NCBI GenBank assembly: GCA_043817315.1
Contig: JBDRGY010000001.1
Coordinates: 78,702 to 142,701 of the forward strand
Reading direction: 5' to 3'
Origin: Patescibacteria group bacterium
GTDB taxonomy: Bacteria; Patescibacteriota; Patescibacteriia; JBDRGY01
Length of the DNA: 64,000 nucleotides
This document shows positions 28,317-37,963 of this stretch, one piece after another. The translations under genes were made by a program, and so were the position numbers. Each line of letters opens with the position of its first letter. The first letter of the stretch is position 1. Under the pieces are notes generated by a model. It did not search any database and was not told the origin of the DNA. It saw only the letters and a list, made by a program, of their open reading frames with translations.

Positions 28317-31300
28317 ATGATTAAAAGGTCGCTTAACTATACCTTGATTATTTTGGCAATTCTTTGGACTGGAGTTGCCATTTTTTATTTTACCGATAAT
28401 ATTGCGGTCCAAGCAGCTGGCAACACTTATTATGTAAAAACCGATGGTAGTAATAGCAACAGTGGTATTTCCTGGAATCAAGCCTGGGCTTCTATTGAGT
28501 ACGGTATGAATCATATTAGTGGCGGTGACACCTTGTTAGTGGCTGATGGGGATTATTATGAAGCCGACTCCAGTCATGACTGGGGTATCGGTAACGGCAC
28601 TCCTTCCGGACCCAGTCCCGATCAACACACTATCATCAAAGCGGACGGTGACAGTGTCCACGTTTATAACAGCGATCAGCACGGTTTCTATCTGATCTCC
28701 AGCCCCAAACAAAATATTACCATTGACGGCTTTAACATTCATAACGATAATGGTGTCTGTATTTTTTTTAATTCCAGCAGTTCCCGCAACATCACCATTA
28801 AAAACAATAATTGTACCAGTGTAGGGGAGGTGATGAGGGGATCAATCAGCTTTGCTGACTATACGGGAACTGAATCCAGGAATTTACTGATTGAAAATAA
28901 TCAGATCAGAAACGGTTCTATTGGTATTGCCTCGGGCTCAACAGATTGCCAGGTTTTAAACAATACGATCATTCAGGATTATCCTGATCAGACCACTTAT
29001 GGAATTTCCATTGGTGGAACCTGGCCCGATTACTTAACTGAAGATATCTTAGTCAGCGGTAATACGATTATTAATATCAGAGGCAGCTCCGGTCATTCCG
29101 CCTCGGTCAGCCGGGCCCGTAATGTGACCTTCTCCTATAACACCTGGTATTTCCCGGTGGAAGCCATTATTTTCTGGCCAGATCCTTTGGTAGAAAATAT
29201 TTATGTTGACCACAATACCATTGTCGATGTCAGATCGGTTACTTTCACTTTGCCTTATCACGCTTCTGGGCACACCGGCATTGGAGACAATATTAGAATT
29301 ACCAATAATTTAATTGCCACTAGCCAAGATTGTGAATACCAAGGTGGAGCTGCTTTCCCCTTGGAAAATTTTCATGAGGATTATAACTATTACTATTCAC
29401 CACAAACAGTTGTTATTGATCACGAAGCCTGTCGGGCTGTTAATAGCGGCCAAAGATATTGCCCCACCATTGCTGATTGGCAGGAGGCAACAGAACTGGC
29501 GGGGCATCCCCTGGGTATTAATTCAGTAGATGATAATAGTGGTGGTACTAAATACGATATTTTTGAGGACCCGGAAAACTACGACTTTACTCCCAAAGCA
29601 GATTCTTGGATTTGTAATCCCGACAATTACGGTTCTGACGGGGAGCCGATTGGAGCCTGGCCCTGTGAAGGCGGTTCGCCCCCACCACAATGTACTGATA
29701 GCGACGGCGACGGTTATGGCGATCCGGCCAGTTCCGCTTGCGAATACTCTGAGTTGGATTGTGATGATGGAAATGGGAATATCAATCCGGGGCAAAGCGA
29801 AATTTGCGATGACGAAATTGATAATAATTGCGACACCAAAATTGATTGTATTGATCAAGAGTGTGCCAACGCTGAGCCTTGTGTTAACAGTGAAACCAGC
29901 GCTGTAACTTCATCTGATTTTTATGCTGATGAGCCAACTTTAAAATCGTTGGGTTTCAGATGGTATGTAGAAGGAGACGAGGACAATGATGCTCAAGTGC
30001 AGGTTCAGTATAAAAGATCGGTTGACAGCCAATACAAGCAAGCCCTGGAAATGAAAAGGATTAATAATGATGCCTGTGGTTATCATACCGAGATGTGGAC
30101 CACAGGTAATTTATTTGCCGGCAGTGTACTCAACCTCGAACCAGGCACTTCCTATGATGTCAGGTTTACCATGAGTGATCCTGATGGTGTTAGTGGCGAT
30201 ATAGTAAAGAATGCGACTGTCAGTACCAGATCGGAACCGCCGCGGCACCAGGGTAATAATACTATTGATGTTTATCCAGGAGATTCGCTGCTGACAGCTG
30301 CCCAAAATGCCCAACCGGGAGATGTCATCTTATTACATGAGGGAGTGCATGATTACAGCAGCGGGGGGACTATGAACCTAGGTTCAGTTCTATCTGGCAA
30401 GCAAACTAGCGAAGAGAATCCGATTGTAATTAGGGGAGTGGATAAGGATACGGTAATCGTTAACGGCCCTCACGGTAGTTCTTCGGCAAACTGCGTCCAG
30501 TCATTGATCAGATTTATAAATTTAGGCTCAAGTGACTATATTCATTTGGAAGACTTTACCATCAGGAATGCCTGTGTAGCTGTTATTGCCGAAAACGCCA
30601 AAAACCTGGTGGTCCGCAATATGAATTTTTTGGACGTTTGGGGTGGAGTCTGGGGACGAGTCAATTGGTACGGGCCCAATAATCCTTGGCAAGGAGACGA
30701 TGAAAACTGGTTTATAGTTGATAATGTCATTATCGGCAAAACAAACCCTTGGTTTCCCAGGAGCAGTGCCTACGGTAATAACGGAGGAGTCAGGGTCTAC
30801 GGTAAAGGCCACGTGGTCGCTTACAACACTATTAGTAACTTTTGGGACGGCATTACTTTACTAAACGATTATGATAGTGACATTCCAGATTCTTTCAGGC
30901 AAGATCCGGGACAACGATCTGTCGATTTTCATAACAATGAAATTTCTAACTGCATGGATGATGGAATAGAAACGGATTATGGATTTCAAAATATTCGAGT
31001 GTTCGAAAACAGAATCACTAATGCTCACGCCGGCATTACCGCCCAACCTGTTTTTGGAGGCCCGGTTTACATTTTTAAAAATGCCATTTACAACACCAAT
31101 GGAGTCAGTGGCTTTAAATTTCACAATAACCCCTCCGGCCTAGAGATTTTTCACAACACCTTGGCTGGGCATTGGTATTGGGGTTCGGACTGGGGTTGGA
31201 AAAATGTCAGGATGTACAACAATCTGATTTTTGGCGATGAAAATTCCGGAGGTCCGAAAGTCCGAACTGGTTCGCCACCTTCAGATACCAGGACCAAAAT

Positions 31301-31847
31301 TGATTATAACGGCTATAATCCCAATTCAGGAGATGTTATCAGATGGTGCAAGGATTTCAACGTAATCGAAGGCCAGGGTTGCAGTCCCTGGAGTTATTAT
31401 TCTTCATTAAGCGAATTCTATGGTGACACCGGGTTTGAGCAGCACGGGAAGACCTACAATTATAATGTTTTTGAAAATGCTAATGTTCCTCAGGGCACCT
31501 GGACGTATACGCCAGGCGAAAAAGATTTAACTCTGGATAATTCTGTTAATCCCAATCCCATAGACCAGGGATTGGTTTTGCCCAACATCAATGAAGATTT
31601 CTCCGGCAGTGCTCCGGATCTGGGAGCCTACGAATCTGGTCAGGACCTTCCTCAACTCGGACCGCGAGCAGACGAAGATTGTACGGAAAACTGGCAGTGC
31701 GCTGACTGGTCCGAGTGTTTAGAGGGTCAGCAAACCAGAGAATGTGTCGATACAAACAATTGTGGTACTTACGTCAATCAACCTGATTTGACCAGGGATT
31801 GTGATTCCACCCCGCCGCTCTCCGTCAGTAATCTAACAGCAATTTAA
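28317..31847 (+). CDS. Secreted double right-handed beta-helix protein (putative polysaccharide lyase/binding) with MopE-like Cys repeats, TSP1-like repeat and 14-aa tag
   Basis: VQA|AGNTYYV; two beta-helix regions; DCDDGNGNINPGQSEIC; EPTLKSLGFRW; PDLGAYE; ends ..CDSTPPLSVSNLTAI. Confidence 0.7.
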   Translation: MIKRSLNYTLIILAILWTGVAIFYFTDNIAVQAAGNTYYVKTDGSNSNSGISWNQAWASIEYGMNHISGGDTLLVADGDYYEADSSHDWGIGNGTPSGPSPDQHTIIKADGDSVHVYNSDQHGFYLISSPKQNITIDGFNIHNDNGVCIFFNSSSSRNITIKNNNCTSVGEVMRGSISFADYTGTESRNLLIENNQIRNGSIGIASGSTDCQVLNNTIIQDYPDQTTYGISIGGTWPDYLTEDILVSGNTIINIRGSSGHSASVSRARNVTFSYNTWYFPVEAIIFWPDPLVENIYVDHNTIVDVRSVTFTLPYHASGHTGIGDNIRITNNLIATSQDCEYQGGAAFPLENFHEDYNYYYSPQTVVIDHEACRAVNSGQRYCPTIADWQEATELAGHPLGINSVDDNSGGTKYDIFEDPENYDFTPKADSWICNPDNYGSDGEPIGAWPCEGGSPPPQCTDSDGDGYGDPASSACEYSELDCDDGNGNINPGQSEICDDEIDNNCDTKIDCIDQECANAEPCVNSETSAVTSSDFYADEPTLKSLGFRWYVEGDEDNDAQVQVQYKRSVDSQYKQALEMKRINNDACGYHTEMWTTGNLFAGSVLNLEPGTSYDVRFTMSDPDGVSGDIVKNATVSTRSEPPRHQGNNTIDVYPGDSLLTAAQNAQPGDVILLHEGVHDYSSGGTMNLGSVLSGKQTSEENPIVIRGVDKDTVIVNGPHGSSSANCVQSLIRFINLGSSDYIHLEDFTIRNACVAVIAENAKNLVVRNMNFLDVWGGVWGRVNWYGPNNPWQGDDENWFIVDNVIIGKTNPWFPRSSAYGNNGGVRVYGKGHVVAYNTISNFWDGITLLNDYDSDIPDSFRQDPGQRSVDFHNNEISNCMDDGIETDYGFQNIRVFENRITNAHAGITAQPVFGGPVYIFKNAIYNTNGVSGFKFHNNPSGLEIFHNTLAGHWYWGSDWGWKNVRMYNNLIFGDENSGGPKVRTGSPPSDTRTKIDYNGYNPNSGDVIRWCKDFNVIEGQGCSPWSYYSSLSEFYGDTGFEQHGKTYNYNVFENANVPQGTWTYTPGEKDLTLDNSVNPNPIDQGLVLPNINEDFSGSAPDLGAYESGQDLPQLGPRADEDCTENWQCADWSECLEGQQTRECVDTNNCGTYVNQPDLTRDCDSTPPLSVSNLTAI

Positions 31848-31866
31848 ATATGGCCCAAAAGACTAA
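31756..31866 (+). repeat. 111-bp exact direct repeat, copy 1 (spans gene end and next start)
   Basis: Identical to 34884-34994; near-identity extends over 31728-31875 vs 34856-35003. Confidence 0.9.
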
Positions 31867-34800
31867 TAAATTAATTCAAGTGTCAATTCTAACAGCCGTA
31901 ATTATTATTGGCTGTTTTCTTGTCCTGATGAATGAAAGAGATCAAAAAACTGGAGCCAGGGCCGTTGGAAATACCTACTACGTTAAAACCGATGGCAGCA
32001 ACGGTAACAGTGGCACCTCTTGGGATCAAGCCTGGAGTTCAATCGAATATGGGATAAATAACATTAGCGGAGGGGACACGCTCTTGGTAGCAGACGGTGA
32101 TTATTATGAGACAGAAGCCGGGAATGACGGTCGAGGAATCGGCGTTTATACCAAAGCGGGAATAGACCAAGATTACCCCACGGTCATAAAAGCAGCCGGG
32201 AATAATGTTCATATGTACACCAGCGACGCTCACGGATTCTATTTTTTATCAGGGCTCAAGAATTACATCACTCTAGAAGGATTTAACATTCACAATGAAA
32301 ACGGTTCATGTATTTGGGTAAATAAGGGAAGTTCTTCTTATATCACCATCAAGAATAATAAGTGCCTAGAACGAGGTGAAGTAAAAATCTCGTCAGGCGG
32401 GGAACGTAACTCTCATCATCATATTATCGAAGGTAACTACATAAAAGATTCAGGGATCAGTATAGAAGCCGGTAACTATGAGGTTCAGATTATTAATAAT
32501 GTAATAGAAAGAGTTAGTGATTCCGGAGGGAGTATAGGGATTTCTGTGGGCGGTCCAGGTGTAGCGATTACCTATCAGGTAGAGAATGTTTTGGTGCACG
32601 GTAACACATTAATCAATAGAACAAACTACGGCAGTCACGCTGGATCGATAAAAAATGGCAAGAACATAACTTTTTCCCATAACATTTGGTACCACACTTA
32701 TGATGCCATTGCTATCTGGTCCAGAGATTATACCGAGGACGTTTATATCGATCATAATACTTTAGTCTATTCTGGAAAAGCAACGTTTTTTCCTGATACT
32801 GATTCTTACGATCAAGATTGGTATCGTTTTTACAATCTCAATTTCACTAATAATTTGTACGCCAAATCCGCCCATAATAAATTCAGAGGCGACGACTTTT
32901 TTCCTTTAGAAGAACTGTATTCTGATTATAACTATTATTTTCACCCGGAAACCCACGACAGCGGTTGGCAGGTAATTGATACTCACATCATCCGTCATAA
33001 CAACTGTCCAAGCAGCAAGTGTAATACGATAGAGCAATGGAGAGCAGCTACTGCCGGACATCCTGATTACCCGGGTGGGCTGGGGGCCCATTCAGAAGAT
33101 GAGCATGATGCTGGATTGGACCTCTATGATTTATTTGTTGATCCTGATAATTACGACTTTACTCCCAAGTCTGATTCTTGGATATGTAATCCGGACAATT
33201 ACGGATCAGACGGACAGCCTATCGGAGCTTTGCCTTGCCCTGGTTCCCAACCGCCATCCTGCAATGATGATGACGGTGACGGCTATGGCAGCCCGGCCAG
33301 TGCCAGCTGCGATCATCCAGGGCTTGATTGTAATGATAACAACGGCAATGCTTGGCAGAATCTAACGGGCTATCCTGATGTTGATGAGGATACTTATTAT
33401 TCAGAGGATTCGATCCAAGTTTGCTCGGGCAACAGCCTGCCTGCTGGTTACGCAGTGTCCCAGGGCAATGATTGTGATGACTCTAATTCTAATATCAATC
33501 CGGGAACCACTGAAGTATGTACTGGCAATAAAGATGATGATTGTGATGGCTCTGTTGATTGTGACGATTCGGACTGTCAAAATGATCCTGATTGCCAAGC
33601 TCCAGGAGGGTCAGGGGAGTCTTATCAAGGATTCGGGGCAGTGACCTCAGGCGGAGAAGGGCAAACTGAATATCATGTTACCACTCTAGCTAATAGTGGA
33701 GCTGGCTCATTAAGAAGTCTTTTGGAAGGAGGGGCTTCCAATAGATATATTATTTTTGATGTTGCCGGAACAATTTTCTTAGATACCCAATTAGTCGTAT
33801 CGGGCCATCACATTACCATCAACGGATCATCGGCTCCGAGTAGCGGCATTATGATTCAGGCTGGTAACAATAGTTATAACGATGCCCTGCTGGGAATACA
33901 AGGTCACGACATTATCATTAATAATATCCACGTCAGAGACAACAGGACCGGAGTGCCATCAGACAATTCAGCTGACAACATCAGAGTTATCGGATCAGGG
34001 GCCTACAACTTAATATTTGACCACATCTCCTCGTTGGATAGTAACGATGGAAATCTAGACCTGACACAAGGAGTCCATGATATTACTGTCCAGTACTCTC
34101 TTTTGGGCAATAACGTCAAAAACCAGTTGATTAAATACCCCGAATCAGCTGGACCCTATAATCTTTCTTTGCATCACAATCTTTATATCACCAGCACCGA
34201 AAGACAGCCCCTGCTTTTTAATGTTAACCTGTTCGATTTTGTTAATAATGTGGTTTACGATTGGGCCAACGCTGGCTCAACCCTGGAAAATGGATCTCAA
34301 GGGAATTTCATTAAAAACTATTATTTGAGTACCAGGGCCAGTAAGGACTACAAAGCAGTTTGGGACAAAACCGGAACTAACTATGTTTATATGGAAGATA
34401 ATTTCATTCCGGCGGCCTGTACCACTTCTACTAATCATGCCGAATATCAGGCCCCAGATGTCACCACTACTAGTTACCAACAGGCAGCGGTGGAGGTGAC
34501 CAATCAAGTCGGCGCCTTACCCCGCACAGCTCATGAACAGTCTTTAATCGATACTTTTGCCGATGAGTTTCCCAGTTGTGATAATAACTCAGCTCTCAGT
34601 GAAATCTGCCAATGCGGCAGTGGGATGGCTTACCAGGGGTATTGCTGCTCTGGAGTTTGGCAATCTGTTCCCTGTGGTGAATGTCAAGAAGACTGGGAAT
34701 GCACTGATTGGTCAGATTGTATCGAGGGGCAACAGACCAGAGAATGTACTGATTTAAATTCTTGCGGTACAGAAATAAATAAACCGCCAGAACTGCAAGA

Positions 34801-34975
34801 TTGCGAATGCGAAGAAATTTGGCAGTGTACTGATTGGTCAGAATGTATAAATAACCAGCAAACCAGAGAATGTGTCGATATTGACAATTGTGGTACTTAC
34901 GTCAATCAACCTGATTTGACCAGGGATTGTGATTCCACCCCGCCGCTCTCCGTCAGTAATCTAACAGCAATTTAA
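31850..34975 (+). CDS. Secreted beta-helix + Cys-rich + PL1-type pectate lyase, 2 TSP1-like repeats and 14-aa tag
   Basis: GFGAVTSGG..YHVTTLANSGAGSLR, IFDH, DGNLD, LHHNL, RQP, VNNVVYDW; ends ..CDSTPPLSVSNLTAI. Confidence 0.75.
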   Translation: MAQKTNKLIQVSILTAVIIIGCFLVLMNERDQKTGARAVGNTYYVKTDGSNGNSGTSWDQAWSSIEYGINNISGGDTLLVADGDYYETEAGNDGRGIGVYTKAGIDQDYPTVIKAAGNNVHMYTSDAHGFYFLSGLKNYITLEGFNIHNENGSCIWVNKGSSSYITIKNNKCLERGEVKISSGGERNSHHHIIEGNYIKDSGISIEAGNYEVQIINNVIERVSDSGGSIGISVGGPGVAITYQVENVLVHGNTLINRTNYGSHAGSIKNGKNITFSHNIWYHTYDAIAIWSRDYTEDVYIDHNTLVYSGKATFFPDTDSYDQDWYRFYNLNFTNNLYAKSAHNKFRGDDFFPLEELYSDYNYYFHPETHDSGWQVIDTHIIRHNNCPSSKCNTIEQWRAATAGHPDYPGGLGAHSEDEHDAGLDLYDLFVDPDNYDFTPKSDSWICNPDNYGSDGQPIGALPCPGSQPPSCNDDDGDGYGSPASASCDHPGLDCNDNNGNAWQNLTGYPDVDEDTYYSEDSIQVCSGNSLPAGYAVSQGNDCDDSNSNINPGTTEVCTGNKDDDCDGSVDCDDSDCQNDPDCQAPGGSGESYQGFGAVTSGGEGQTEYHVTTLANSGAGSLRSLLEGGASNRYIIFDVAGTIFLDTQLVVSGHHITINGSSAPSSGIMIQAGNNSYNDALLGIQGHDIIINNIHVRDNRTGVPSDNSADNIRVIGSGAYNLIFDHISSLDSNDGNLDLTQGVHDITVQYSLLGNNVKNQLIKYPESAGPYNLSLHHNLYITSTERQPLLFNVNLFDFVNNVVYDWANAGSTLENGSQGNFIKNYYLSTRASKDYKAVWDKTGTNYVYMEDNFIPAACTTSTNHAEYQAPDVTTTSYQQAAVEVTNQVGALPRTAHEQSLIDTFADEFPSCDNNSALSEICQCGSGMAYQGYCCSGVWQSVPCGECQEDWECTDWSDCIEGQQTRECTDLNSCGTEINKPPELQDCECEEIWQCTDWSECINNQQTRECVDIDNCGTYVNQPDLTRDCDSTPPLSVSNLTAI

Positions 34976-34994
34976 ATATGGCCCAAAAGACTAA
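34884..34994 (+). repeat. 111-bp exact direct repeat, copy 2
   Basis: Identical to 31756-31866 (offset 3128 bp). Confidence 0.9.
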
Positions 34995-37944
34995 AAAATT
35001 AATCCATCTATCTGTACTTACCGCAATTTTTATGATCGGTAGTATTATTGTCCGGATGGATGAGATTGATCAAAGTACTGGAGCCTGGGCAGCAGGGAAC
35101 ACCTACTACGTTAAGACTGATGGCAGCAACAGCAATGGCGGTACCTCTTGGGATCAAGCTTGGAGTTCTATAAATTACGGTGCCAATCGGTTATCACCGG
35201 GAGATACTTTATTAGTGGCCAATGGAACTTACAACGAATCGCGTATCACCAGAGATATGACATCAGGTACTGCAGATAATCCGATTACCATCAAAGCTGA
35301 TGGCAGTAACGTTATTATTAACAGTGACAGTCACGGCTTTTGGTTGCCTGGTGGAGGCAGCTATATCACCATTGAAGGTTTTAAAATTTATCCTTCAGGA
35401 TCATGCATACTGGCCTATTACCGGATAAATGGTATGGATGGCATTACCATAAAAAATAACAGTTGTTATGGAGGAGGTATCAGTTGGCAAGAAGACGAAC
35501 AAACAGTAGATTTGGCTTCGGGAGGAAATACGATCGAGGGAAATTATCTAGAAAACGCTTCTATTGGTTTATCGGGTGGGGTTTTCGATACAATAATAAG
35601 AAATAATTATATTTTATATCATGAGTACGGAACTTGCAGGGGAATCTGTGTTGGTCATGGGGGTGTAGATTCAGATAAGCCGAGTGCTTCAGATATACTC
35701 ATTACAGAGAATACAATAATCAATACCCAGTATTTTCCTTTAAAACACACTTGTACTCTAAAGAAGGTCAGAAACGTTACTTTCTCCAATAATATTATTT
35801 ATGGCAAAAGAGATTTTTATATCTGGGGCTACCCCGATTCCGAACATATCACGATTGATCACAATACCTTTATTGACCAAAATGAAGTATCCGTTGCTAT
35901 CGCGGAAGATAGTTCACCACATAGCTTCAATCATGTAACTTTCACCAATAACTTATTTGCCGAAACCAGCGCTCCCTGGTATGGTGGGGCTTATCTTCCA
36001 ATTAGTGAACTAACTGCAGACTATAACTATTATTTCAATCCAATTAACGATGGAGTAGTCTTCCACTCCTTATGTCCCCACTCCGGAGGTCCTCACCACG
36101 CTAAATGCTATACCTTGCAGGAGTGGCAAACAGCTACTGCTAATGCCGGATATCCTCAGGGTGTGCATTCAGCAGAAGATCATAGCGGAGCCACGATTGA
36201 TGATTTATTGGTTAATCCGGCCAATTACGACTTTACCCCTAAGAACGATTCCTGGATTTGCGATCCGGCCAATTACGGCTCGGATGGGCAACCCAGAGGA
36301 GCTCTACCTTGTTCTGGTTCTGAGCCGCCAACTTGTTATGACAATGACGGGGACGGTTACGGCAACCCAGCCAGTTCGGGTTGTGAGTATCCCCAGTTAG
36401 ATTGTAATGATAATAATGATAGCGTTTGGCAGAATCGAACGGGCTATTCTGATAACGATGGTGACACCTATTATGCAGAAGATTCGATTCAGGTCTGCTC
36501 AGGCAATAGCTTGCCGGCAGGCTATCAAGCCAGTCAGGGTAATGATTGCGCCGACGCTAATCCCAATATCCATCCTGGGGCTACAGAAGTCTGTACCGGC
36601 AATAAAGACGATGATTGTGATGGAAGTGTTGATTGTGACGACTCAGATTGTCAAAATGATCAAAATTGTCAAACTCCATCTGGTCCGTCCGGTTCCGGTG
36701 GGTCTTATGAAGGGTTCGGGGCCGATACCCCTGGCGGAGTGGGACAAACAGAATTTCACGTTACCACGATAGCCGATAGCGGAGCCGGATCCTTGAGAAG
36801 TCTTTTGCAGAGTGGTGCCTCCAATAGACAAATAGTATTCGACGTTAACGGAACCATCCAACTTCAGAGCCGACTTACGATAAGCGGACATCATCTAACC
36901 ATTGATGGTACTACACCATCAGGCAATCCGATTCAGATTCAAGCAGCCAGCACCAGTCTTAATGCCGCCCTTTTTAACGTAACAGGAAATGACATAATAT
37001 TTCATAATATTAGTATGAATGATGTTAGACAGATTTCCGGGGATAATTCCGCTGACAATTTCCGCATAACTGGTCCTGATGCTTACAATATCGTAGTCGA
37101 TCATTGTACCTTCACCCGTTCCCAAGATGGCAATTTGGACATTATTCAAGGAGCCCATGACGTCACTATCCAGTGGACTATTATGGGAGACAATGTTAAA
37201 AACCAATTAATTAAGAATTGGCAGGCAGGACCGCCCCCGCCATACAATTTAACTCTTCATCATAATTTATATCTCCAGGGCGATGAGAGAAACCCACAAA
37301 TCTATGAGTCAGCTCTTTTTGACATGGTAAATAATGTAGTATACGGCTGGGCAGGAAATTATGGTACATATTTGGCCAATGGATCAGTGGGAAATTCGAT
37401 TAAGAACTACTATTTGGTTGACGCTGGTAGTGATGGCAGTGATGCGGTAATAATTATTCCCGATACAGATAATGTCTATATGGAAGGAAATGTACTGCCG
37501 GCCAACAATCAGGATATGGGCACTGCTACAAGTAGGTTTACTACACCGTTACTCTCTTCCGAAACAGATGCCGAGCAAGCTTTGCTTGAAGTAGTTAATG
37601 GGGCTGGTTCCTATCCCCGCAATTCCACTGAACTAAGTTTGATCAATAACATCTTAGACGAGTTCTCCCAATGCTCCAATAATCAACAGATAGCCACTGT
37701 TTGCTCCTGTGGAGCAGGATTGTATGATTCCGGCTATTGCTGTTCGGGTAATTGGCAGTCAGTACCTTGCGGCCAATGTGAAGAAGACTGGCAGTGTACT
37801 GATTGGTCAGAATGCAATAATAACCAGCAGGCTAGGGAATGTGTTGATCTGAACGAATGTGGTACCTATGTTAATCAACCGGATTTGGAAAAGGATTGTG
37901 ATTCTACCTCTCCGGGAGCGGTAATTGATTTACAAACAAATTAA
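34978..37944 (+). CDS. Paralog of 31850: beta-helix + Cys-rich + PL1-type pectate lyase, TSP1-like repeat and 14-aa tag
   Basis: EGFGADTPGG..HVTTIADSGAGSLR, VVDH, DGNLD, LHHNL, RNP; ends ..CDSTSPGAVIDLQTN. Confidence 0.75.
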   Translation: MAQKTKKLIHLSVLTAIFMIGSIIVRMDEIDQSTGAWAAGNTYYVKTDGSNSNGGTSWDQAWSSINYGANRLSPGDTLLVANGTYNESRITRDMTSGTADNPITIKADGSNVIINSDSHGFWLPGGGSYITIEGFKIYPSGSCILAYYRINGMDGITIKNNSCYGGGISWQEDEQTVDLASGGNTIEGNYLENASIGLSGGVFDTIIRNNYILYHEYGTCRGICVGHGGVDSDKPSASDILITENTIINTQYFPLKHTCTLKKVRNVTFSNNIIYGKRDFYIWGYPDSEHITIDHNTFIDQNEVSVAIAEDSSPHSFNHVTFTNNLFAETSAPWYGGAYLPISELTADYNYYFNPINDGVVFHSLCPHSGGPHHAKCYTLQEWQTATANAGYPQGVHSAEDHSGATIDDLLVNPANYDFTPKNDSWICDPANYGSDGQPRGALPCSGSEPPTCYDNDGDGYGNPASSGCEYPQLDCNDNNDSVWQNRTGYSDNDGDTYYAEDSIQVCSGNSLPAGYQASQGNDCADANPNIHPGATEVCTGNKDDDCDGSVDCDDSDCQNDQNCQTPSGPSGSGGSYEGFGADTPGGVGQTEFHVTTIADSGAGSLRSLLQSGASNRQIVFDVNGTIQLQSRLTISGHHLTIDGTTPSGNPIQIQAASTSLNAALFNVTGNDIIFHNISMNDVRQISGDNSADNFRITGPDAYNIVVDHCTFTRSQDGNLDIIQGAHDVTIQWTIMGDNVKNQLIKNWQAGPPPPYNLTLHHNLYLQGDERNPQIYESALFDMVNNVVYGWAGNYGTYLANGSVGNSIKNYYLVDAGSDGSDAVIIIPDTDNVYMEGNVLPANNQDMGTATSRFTTPLLSSETDAEQALLEVVNGAGSYPRNSTELSLINNILDEFSQCSNNQQIATVCSCGAGLYDSGYCCSGNWQSVPCGQCEEDWQCTDWSECNNNQQARECVDLNECGTYVNQPDLEKDCDSTSPGAVIDLQTN

Positions 37945-37957
37945 TAATTACTATAAT
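37929..37957 (+). promoter_or_regulatory. Internal promoter for scaffold 2 (leaderless)
   Basis: TTTACA-17bp-TATAAT; ATG 37964 lies 6 nt after the -10. Confidence 0.55.
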
Positions 37958-37963
37958 AAAATT

